Of a stretch of 64,000 nt of DNA, positions 57,336-64,000 are shown piece after piece; within the stretch, counting starts at the first letter, position 1; every line of letters starts with the position of its first letter. This stretch comes from Bdellovibrio sp. (lineage in GTDB: Bacteria > Bdellovibrionota > Bdellovibrionia > Bdellovibrionales > Bdellovibrionaceae): the NCBI GenBank assembly GCA_036677065.1, contig JAKFBS010000002.1:704001-768000 (forward strand), in the 5' to 3' direction. Both the position numbers and the translations under genes were made by a program. Below the pieces are notes generated by a model. It was not told where the DNA came from. It did no database searches and saw only the letters and a list, made by a program, of their open reading frames with translations.

Positions 57336-58618
57336 GCTAATGATTCTTTCATGATTTTCACCATGTCGTTAATCACTTCATCAGTATGAGCTAATGATAA
57401 GAACCCAACTTCATAAGCGTTCGGCGCTAAATATAAACCGCGGTCTAATGAATTTAAGAATAATTTTTTAAAAGTTTCTTTTTGCGTGGAAGGAATTTGT
57501 TCAACCTGGCGTAAAGCTTTACCATCGGCTGTTTTATTATGTAACCAGAATAAACTTCCATAACGAACAAAGTTTAATGGTAAGTTTAAATTCTTAATCA
57601 CATCATTGATTTTATTTTCTAAATTTTGACCACGTGTTTCTAAAACTTTCCAACCCTCAAGTCGCTCCATTTTTTCTAACGTTGCAAGACCTGCAACCAT
57701 TCCCACAGGATTAGCACTTAATGTTCCTGCTTGGTAAACTTGACCAAGTGGTGCAATTAAATCCATTAGGTCACGACGACCGCCGTAACAACCGACCGGA
57801 AAGCCTCCACCTAAGATTTTACCGTAAGTTACAAGGTCTGGCCTAATTTGTAAAATTTCAGCCATACCACCAAGCGCTACGCGAAATCCAGAGATCACTT
57901 CATCAAAAATAACTAAAGCGCCATTGGCTTTTGCAAGATCGCAGGCCTTTTGAATAAATTCTTTACGCTGAATTAATAAACCATAATTAGCCGGAAGTGG
58001 TTCCATGATTAGCGCAGCAATATTTTTACCTTCGCGCGCGAACACTTCTGCTAATGCTGTTTCATCATCTAATGACACAGTTAAAGTTTCTGCCGCCGTT
58101 TGCGCCGATACACCAGCGCTGCTTGATGCCGTGACACCAGCTAAACCAGAACCTGCTTTTACAAGTAATGAATCAACGTGGCCATGATAGCAGCCTTCAA
58201 ATTTTAAAATTTTAGTACGGCCTGTTGCTGCACGTGCCACACGAAGTGCACTCATCACAGCTTCTGTACCAGAAGATACAAAACGTAATTTCTCAACCCA
58301 AGGAACTCTGGCTTGAATCCATTCGCCTAACATTAATGAATAGGGTTCACAGGCGCCGAAGGTCCATGCGGTATCGATCATCTCCATCACTTTAGCCTGA
58401 ACTTCTGGATCACGATGACCCAAAATCAATGGACCAAAACTTTGGCAGCAATCGATGTATTTTTTGTTTTCAACACTTGTTAAATATGCGCCTTGAGCTT
58501 TGCTAAAAAACACCGGAGATCTGCCAAGGCCCGCAAAAGATCTTACCGGAGAATGTACTCCACCTGGAGCCACATTTTTTGCGCGTTCAAAATAACTTTC
58601 AGAAGTCATGTTACTCAT
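57332..58618 (-). CDS. hemL: Glutamate-1-semialdehyde 2,1-aminomutase
   Basis: [42 protein letters not shown]. Confidence 0.98.
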   Translation of the reverse strand: MSNMTSESYFERAKNVAPGGVHSPVRSFAGLGRSPVFFSKAQGAYLTSVENKKYIDCCQSFGPLILGHRDPEVQAKVMEMIDTAWTFGACEPYSLMLGEWIQARVPWVEKLRFVSSGTEAVMSALRVARAATGRTKILKFEGCYHGHVDSLLVKAGSGLAGVTASSSAGVSAQTAAETLTVSLDDETALAEVFAREGKNIAALIMEPLPANYGLLIQRKEFIQKACDLAKANGALVIFDEVISGFRVALGGMAEILQIRPDLVTYGKILGGGFPVGCYGGRRDLMDLIAPLGQVYQAGTLSANPVGMVAGLATLEKMERLEGWKVLETRGQNLENKINDVIKNLNLPLNFVRYGSLFWLHNKTADGKALRQVEQIPSTQKETFKKLFLNSLDRGLYLAPNAYEVGFLSLAHTDEVINDMVKIMKESLA

Positions 58619-58620
58619 AA

Positions 58621-60105
58621 TTAAGCTTTCCAACTTTCTTCGTTCAAATAGATATATAAATTTTTATCAGAGCCTAAAGCCTCTTTAATAGATTGCCATG
58701 TCTTACCTGCTCCGCAGGCATGAGCACAATTTAAAAAATGCTTCTCTTGAGAGGCGTCTAAGCCAGCGCGAGCAGCCTGAAACTGGGTAAAACTTTTCCA
58801 GTAGAAAAAATACTTCTCTAGAGCTAATACATCGCTTTTTAACTTTGCGATTTCGCCATCTGCCAATTGAATTTGCAGATCGTAGGTTCCAGCATTTGAA
58901 GCCTGAGTGTGCGTCAAAGTAACTTGCTCTGGGGTAGATTTACCGATCAGCTGCTCTATACGAGGATCTTCTGATTCTCCTAAGCCTTCGGCACAACCAT
59001 TTACCCAAATGCCTTTTTTAGCTAGTTTTTGCCAAGTGTTAGTACCTGCTGCCCAGATAACACCTTTGTAGGAATTTAGATCGACGGAACCAGCGGCTTC
59101 ACTGCGCGCGACCCAAACTAAATCTGTGTGTGCCAGCGAAATGTCGGCCTTTTTATTTTGGCGATTTATTGAAAATGAAAATGTATGTTTAATTAAATCT
59201 TGCGGTGGTTTTTTTGAGTTTAACAACTGGTGCGTATTTAAAACTTCACCTTTAGGAGATAAACCTTTAACGATTAAAATATCTCCGTAATGACGTTTTA
59301 AAACTGTGACACCAATTTTTTGATGGCAGCCGCCACCATAACCAGAAAACACTTTACGTTCGTGATTCACGCTATCAGCGGTATCTTTACAGTGAATTTG
59401 TGCAAATAAATCTTTTAAATCTTTACGATCACTTTTAATTTCGATCGCAAGGGCTCCTTGAGCTGCTGCATTCGGATTTTCACTTAATGGTGGAACAATC
59501 CAATTACATTTTTCTAAATGTGCACGGATTTTTTCTTGCACCGGCTTAAATTCTGGATACGGATGAGCTAACAAACGATCAAGCGCTGCTTTTGCTAAAA
59601 CTAAACCATCAATAGATTCATCATCCATCATTTTTTGCATGCGTGTCGGAATATTTCCGCGCACATTGGCAAATTCGATCTTCTCAGTTGCCCAAGGTAA
59701 GTGTTTTGCTAAAAACGGAATTAAATTATACTCGCGACGAGGCGATGACGAAAAAATACGAACGTGTTTTTTATTTAAGCTGCTTTTTTTAAGCAAAACT
59801 AAATCACGCTGATCAGCGCGCGGAAGTGTTGCCACAATCTCAGTGCCTGCAGTTGGTTCGACCGGAAGGTCTTTCCACGAGTGCACGATGAAATCAAATT
59901 TACCACTCATTAAGTCTTGATAAAAATCTTGGGTAAATACGCCTTTTTCAGGCATCTTCCACAAAGGATCTGTTAGATTTTTATCACCTAAAGATTCACG
60001 AAAAATATATTCAACATCATGACCTAAACTTTTTAGTTTATCGCCAACCAAGTACCCTTGCAGACGAGCTAAATCGCTCTGTCTGGCTCCTAAAACTAGC
60101 CGCAT
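58621..60105 (-). CDS. hemC: Hydroxymethylbilane synthase with C-terminal HemD-like extension
   Basis: R.S.LA..Q, KGVFT, VHS.KDLP, SSPRR, RGN..TR, GGGC; about 200 extra C-terminal residues; start ATG 60105. Confidence 0.92.
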   Translation of the reverse strand: MRLVLGARQSDLARLQGYLVGDKLKSLGHDVEYIFRESLGDKNLTDPLWKMPEKGVFTQDFYQDLMSGKFDFIVHSWKDLPVEPTAGTEIVATLPRADQRDLVLLKKSSLNKKHVRIFSSSPRREYNLIPFLAKHLPWATEKIEFANVRGNIPTRMQKMMDDESIDGLVLAKAALDRLLAHPYPEFKPVQEKIRAHLEKCNWIVPPLSENPNAAAQGALAIEIKSDRKDLKDLFAQIHCKDTADSVNHERKVFSGYGGGCHQKIGVTVLKRHYGDILIVKGLSPKGEVLNTHQLLNSKKPPQDLIKHTFSFSINRQNKKADISLAHTDLVWVARSEAAGSVDLNSYKGVIWAAGTNTWQKLAKKGIWVNGCAEGLGESEDPRIEQLIGKSTPEQVTLTHTQASNAGTYDLQIQLADGEIAKLKSDVLALEKYFFYWKSFTQFQAARAGLDASQEKHFLNCAHACGAGKTWQSIKEALGSDKNLYIYLNEESWKA

Positions 60106-60998
60106 AAATCTTCCCAACCGAAAGGTCGTACTGTTTGCTTATCCATTTGAGCTAAGCGCCACTCATCCACAGCGGCAATAGCTTGTTGTTGTCTGACAGC
60201 TAACAAATCCTTTTGTTGGGAGAAAAACTCCATCACATCTTCTAATGTGATCCAAGATTTAACCTGCGGATCCCGTGCTGCAAAATTCTTAGCGTCACGG
60301 CGTAAATCGATCACAGTTTTCCATTTTACAGGCGAAGCCGCGATTAATTGAGCTAATTGATCATGAGAAATGGGAGCAGCGATCACTAAGACATCAGATT
60401 GCGGCAACGGTTTTTCTAAAAGGTGCAAAGATAAATTTCCGCCACCTTCTACAAAATGTGAAAAATGCTTCATCACCTGGGTTTGGGCTTTTTCAAGATT
60501 ACGAGCAAACACCTGAACGTTTTTGCTGACTAACCATGGCAGCACATCTTCAACTAAGGCGCCCGACCCGATGATTTGCACATGATTTTCATTTTGCAGT
60601 ACACGACGTAAGTAACCGCCGTACGATTGTGAACCGAAATTATATAAATACTTTTCGCGCACACCTTTGATTAATGAAAACCAAACTTGCATCCGTGATT
60701 GCCATTGTTGCACCCACAGATGTTTTGAATTGTTATTAATAAACTGGCGAAACTGACCCAAAATTTCTGTTTCACCAATCACTGGTGAATGCAGGCCGCA
60801 TAAAACTTCTAATAAAAAAGTTTCGGCATCAAGGCCCTGTTTAAATCCGCGACCGTCAGCTAAAAAAGCTGTCTCATCTAAGTAAAAATGAATTTTACGG
60901 CGGCAGGTTTCCCATAATAATACAGAACTATTATCTATGATAAGAGGAGCTAATAATTGGTTTTCTAGTTCAATAGGCTGGTGCCAGAGCTTTAACAT
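60096..60998 (-). CDS. hemA: Minimal glutamyl-tRNA reductase
   Basis: TCRR, GL.S.V.GE.EILGQ, IIGSG; about 300 aa with no obvious dimerisation domain; start ATG 60998. Confidence 0.8.
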   Translation of the reverse strand: MLKLWHQPIELENQLLAPLIIDNSSVLLWETCRRKIHFYLDETAFLADGRGFKQGLDAETFLLEVLCGLHSPVIGETEILGQFRQFINNNSKHLWVQQWQSRMQVWFSLIKGVREKYLYNFGSQSYGGYLRRVLQNENHVQIIGSGALVEDVLPWLVSKNVQVFARNLEKAQTQVMKHFSHFVEGGGNLSLHLLEKPLPQSDVLVIAAPISHDQLAQLIAASPVKWKTVIDLRRDAKNFAARDPQVKSWITLEDVMEFFSQQKDLLAVRQQQAIAAVDEWRLAQMDKQTVRPFGWEDLCG

Positions 60999-61029
60999 GG
61001 TTTTAAGATAGCAAAGTTTTCTCATTTGA

Positions 61030-61047
61030 TTGTCATATGTTTGTCAT
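61030..61047. promoter_or_regulatory. Pho-box-like direct repeat (OmpR-family site) in the hemA/hemB divergent promoter
   Basis: TTGTCAT-ATGT-TTGTCAT, 11-bp period. Confidence 0.65.
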
Positions 61048-61097
61048 GAAAAATAAAAAAAGTTGCTATTTGCTATGACGCTGATAATTTAACCATC

Positions 61098-62078
61098 ATG
61101 CATAGACCAAGACGTTTAAGAGCCAATGAGAATATCCGTGAAATGATCAGCGAGACACACCTAAGTGTGGCCAACCTCATCTACCCTGTCTTTATTTGCG
61201 ACGGCGAGAAAATCGAAGAGGCAATTCGCACGTTGCCTGGGCAATCACGCATGAGTCCTGATGTTTTGGCTGAAAAAATCACCATATGGAAGCAATTAGG
61301 TCTTAAAAATTATGCTCTTTTTCCTAAAATTGATGAGGCTAAAAAAGACTCTGTGGCCAGCGAAGCATTAAACGATAACGGTCTACTGCCAAAAGCCATT
61401 AAATTACTTAAACAAAAACATCCAGACATTTGTTTATTTACCGACATCGCTCTTGATCCGTACTCATCAGATGGCCATGACGGCATTGTAAAAAATGGCG
61501 AAATTCTAAATGACGAAACTGTGAAAATTTTAGCTAAAATGGCTGTCAAGCAAGCAAGCTGGGGCGCTGATTGGGTTTGCCCTTCGGACATGATGGATGG
61601 CCGCGTGGATGCCATTCGCGAAGCCTTAGACGATGCTGGCTTTAATAAAACAAGCATTCTCTCATACACTGCAAAATACGCTTCAAGTTTTTACGGACCC
61701 TTTCGCGAAGCTTTAGATTCAGCACCAAAAGCTGGCGATAAAAAAACTTACCAAATGGATATTCGTAATCGCAAAGAAGCGCTTCGCGAAATGGATTTAG
61801 ATATTTTAGAAGGCGCAGATATGGTGATGGTAAAACCAGGTCTTCCCTATTTAGATATCGTCTCTGATTTAAAAACTCACTCATCAGTTCCAGTGGCTGT
61901 GTACAATGTGAGCGGCGAATACGCGATGTTACACTTCGCGGCCCTTGCAGGTGCTCTTGATTTAGAAAAAACGATGATGGAGTGCATGTATGCATTTCGT
62001 AGAGCAGGTGCTGATGTGATTTTAACTTATTTCGCGCCAGAAGTGGCGAAAGTCTTATCTATTCAGTCACGCGCTTAA
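61098..62078 (+). CDS. hemB: Porphobilinogen synthase
   Basis: RPRRLR, DIALDPYSSDGHDG (Asp-rich Mg type), SDMMDGR, FYGPFR, MVKP, Y.VSGEY. Confidence 0.98.
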   Translation: MHRPRRLRANENIREMISETHLSVANLIYPVFICDGEKIEEAIRTLPGQSRMSPDVLAEKITIWKQLGLKNYALFPKIDEAKKDSVASEALNDNGLLPKAIKLLKQKHPDICLFTDIALDPYSSDGHDGIVKNGEILNDETVKILAKMAVKQASWGADWVCPSDMMDGRVDAIREALDDAGFNKTSILSYTAKYASSFYGPFREALDSAPKAGDKKTYQMDIRNRKEALREMDLDILEGADMVMVKPGLPYLDIVSDLKTHSSVPVAVYNVSGEYAMLHFAALAGALDLEKTMMECMYAFRRAGADVILTYFAPEVAKVLSIQSRA

Positions 62079-64000
62079 CGCCGATAATGCCTTTGATTTT
62101 TTGCAACGCTAAAATTGAATTGCTCAACTGACTTAAATCTTTCACCGAGATTTCAAATATACATACCGCTTTTTTATCGCGCGTCGTTCTGATCTGCGCT
62201 GATTCAATATTAATTCCCTGAGCCGAGAAAGCTTCTGACATTAATTTTAATAAACCAGGAACGTCTTGGCCGATAACTTCAAGTTTAACTTGGCGCTCTT
62301 GCCCAGCGGCTGCAGTTTTCGTTGTCCACGCTACGTCGACCCTGCGCATTTGATCTAACTCAAATACTTTATGGCAATCACTACGATGGATCATGATGCC
62401 CTTACCGCGCGAGATAAAGCCCGAGATCGGATCACCTGGAATCGGCGAACAGCATTTAGCAAAATGCACTAACACATCATCCATGCCGTCGACTGAAACT
62501 AAAGAATTTGTTTTGCGTTTTTTATTTTTCGCAGACTTAACAACTTTTTCCATGAAAGTTGCAGATTCACTTTTAGCATCTTTTGACTCTTCAGCCTCAG
62601 GCACTAATGCAGAAACTAAATGTTTGGGCTCGGTTTTTCCGTAACCAACTTTTACATAGAGATCTTCCACATCAACAACACCGCTTTCACGGATGTACTT
62701 TTCAAAATAATCGCCTTTTAAATACTTCGAGGCAGCCATGCCAAATTTGCGAAATTCTTTTTCCACAAGCTCTTTACCCATGGTTAAAGCATTACGGCGC
62801 TGTTCTTCTTTAACGAATTGGCGCACTTTTGATTTGGCCTTGTTCGTTACAACAAACTTTAACCAATCTTTCGAAGGCGTTTGCGTTTTAAGAGTGATAA
62901 TTTCAACACGATCGCCATTTTGCAGAGCGTGTTTTAACGGAACCATACGCCCATTTACGCGCGCTCCGGTGCAGGTATTTCCAAGATTGGTGTGAATCGC
63001 ATAAGCTAAATCCACTGGCGTCGAATTTTCTGGTAATTCTTTAACGTCACCGCGCGGAGTAAAAACGTAAATGTCTTTTTCCATCAAATCGGTTTTTACC
63101 GTTTCTAAAAATTCATCTGATGATTCTGATTGCTGATGAAGCGATACTAACTCACGCAACCAATTGGCTTGCTGTAATTTGTCACCGGACAAGCTTCCGC
63201 GCTCTTTATAGTTCCAGTGGGCCGCGATCCCTTTTTCGGCGATCAAATGCATTTCTGCGGTACGAATTTGAATTTCGATACGATCGCCACCCGGCCCAAT
63301 CACTGTGGTATGCAGTGATTGGTAATTATTTGATTTTGGCATTGCGATGAAATCTTTAAAACGGCCCGGAATCGGTTTCCAGATTGAATGGATATAGCCT
63401 AAAACTTCGTAACATTCGACCACGCTGCCGACGATAATTCGAAACGCCAGCACATCGTAAATCTGATCGTAATCTAAATTACGTGAAGTCATTTTTCTAT
63501 AGACTGACCATAAATGCTTCGATCGTCCATAGATTTTATACTGTTGAATATTTGATTTGGCTAAAACTTCACTTACGCTTCTTTTTACTTCTTCGATATA
63601 ACGATCAGTGTCGGCTTCAGTTTTTTCGATAAGCTGAACTAACTCATAATATTTATCCGGAAACGAATAACGAAAACATAAATCTTCTAATTCAATTTTT
63701 AAAGCACTGATACCAATACGCCCCGCTAAAGGACAATAAATCTCTAAAGTCTCTTTAGCGATACGGTTTTGTTTTTCGTACGGCATATGATTCAGCGTAC
63801 GCATATTGTGTAACCGATCGGCCAGTTTTACTAAAACGACGCGCACATCTTTACCCATGGACACGATCATCTTACGAATGTTTTCGCCTTGTTTTTCAAA
63901 ACTATTACGAAAATTCATTTGCCCGATTTTAGTTACACCATCAACTAAGTAGGCAACTGTTTCGCCAAATTCACGACGGATATCCTCTAAAGAGACATTC
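62059..64000 (-). CDS. rel: RelA/SpoT homologue ((p)ppGpp synthetase/hydrolase); 5' end outside the window
   Basis: KLADRLHNMRT, GRSKH, RFKD, YQSLHT, EIQIRT, TGS, CC and ACT domains; frame stays open beyond the ORF-track start (YLVDGVTKIGQ). Confidence 0.96.
   Translation of the reverse strand, partial: NVSLEDIRREFGETVAYLVDGVTKIGQMNFRNSFEKQGENIRKMIVSMGKDVRVVLVKLADRLHNMRTLNHMPYEKQNRIAKETLEIYCPLAGRIGISALKIELEDLCFRYSFPDKYYELVQLIEKTEADTDRYIEEVKRSVSEVLAKSNIQQYKIYGRSKHLWSVYRKMTSRNLDYDQIYDVLAFRIIVGSVVECYEVLGYIHSIWKPIPGRFKDFIAMPKSNNYQSLHTTVIGPGGDRIEIQIRTAEMHLIAEKGIAAHWNYKERGSLSGDKLQQANWLRELVSLHQQSESSDEFLETVKTDLMEKDIYVFTPRGDVKELPENSTPVDLAYAIHTNLGNTCTGARVNGRMVPLKHALQNGDRVEIITLKTQTPSKDWLKFVVTNKAKSKVRQFVKEEQRRNALTMGKELVEKEFRKFGMAASKYLKGDYFEKYIRESGVVDVEDLYVKVGYGKTEPKHLVSALVPEAEESKDAKSESATFMEKVVKSAKNKKRKTNSLVSVDGMDDVLVHFAKCCSPIPGDPISGFISRGKGIMIHRSDCHKVFELDQMRRVDVAWTTKTAAAGQERQVKLEVIGQDVPGLLKLMSEAFSAQGINIESAQIRTTRDKKAVCIFEISVKDLSQLSNSILALQKIKGIIGVKRVTE

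Noticed and set aside
1..64000. rRNA, tRNA, CRISPR arrays, IS elements, prophage or defence islands
   Set aside because: Intergenic spaces are about 200 bp or less with no cloverleaf, repeat-spacer or transposase/integrase signatures; the WYL and PLD genes lack defence-system neighbours. Read by eye only, so small RNAs could be missed

Overview
64-kb core-chromosome segment of a predatory Bdellovibrionota bacterium. The assignment is inferred from a Bd1817-type HD-GYP orthologue, a DslA-like lysozyme, a delta-type T2SS and the hem gene order; the DNA looks AT-rich (roughly 40% GC by eye, not computed), compatible with Pseudobdellovibrio-like lineages. In order: partial SpoIID/LytB gene, DslA-like lysozyme, uvrBC, GFA/WYL divergon, cysS-gltX-carD, aqpZ, recG, an RxxN HD-GYP, lysS, fbaB, NifU, DUF3943, two tandem secreted PLDs, a [pseudo-Hpt]-tatD-tcdA-[45-aa membrane peptide]-DHS-like run divergent from a degenerate HD-GYP, DedA, RluA, a secreted nuclease, a gspC-N type II secretion cluster, ssb, a haem biosynthesis divergon with an embedded two-component system, and a partial rel gene. 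I saw no rRNA, tRNA, CRISPR array, IS element or prophage. Best leads: (1) a His-to-Asp pseudo-Hpt protein with a CheZ-like C-terminal tail; (2) an intramembrane-sensing two-component system inside the hem operon with a Pho-box-like repeat at the hemA/hemB promoter; (3) a WYL regulator with a 29-bp operator next to GFA-uvrBC; (4) a predicted cGAMP-selective HD-GYP behind a sigma-28 promoter; (5) a 45-aa membrane protein missed by the ORF track and a repeated intercistronic hairpin. All family calls come from motif recognition by eye; no database searches were run.
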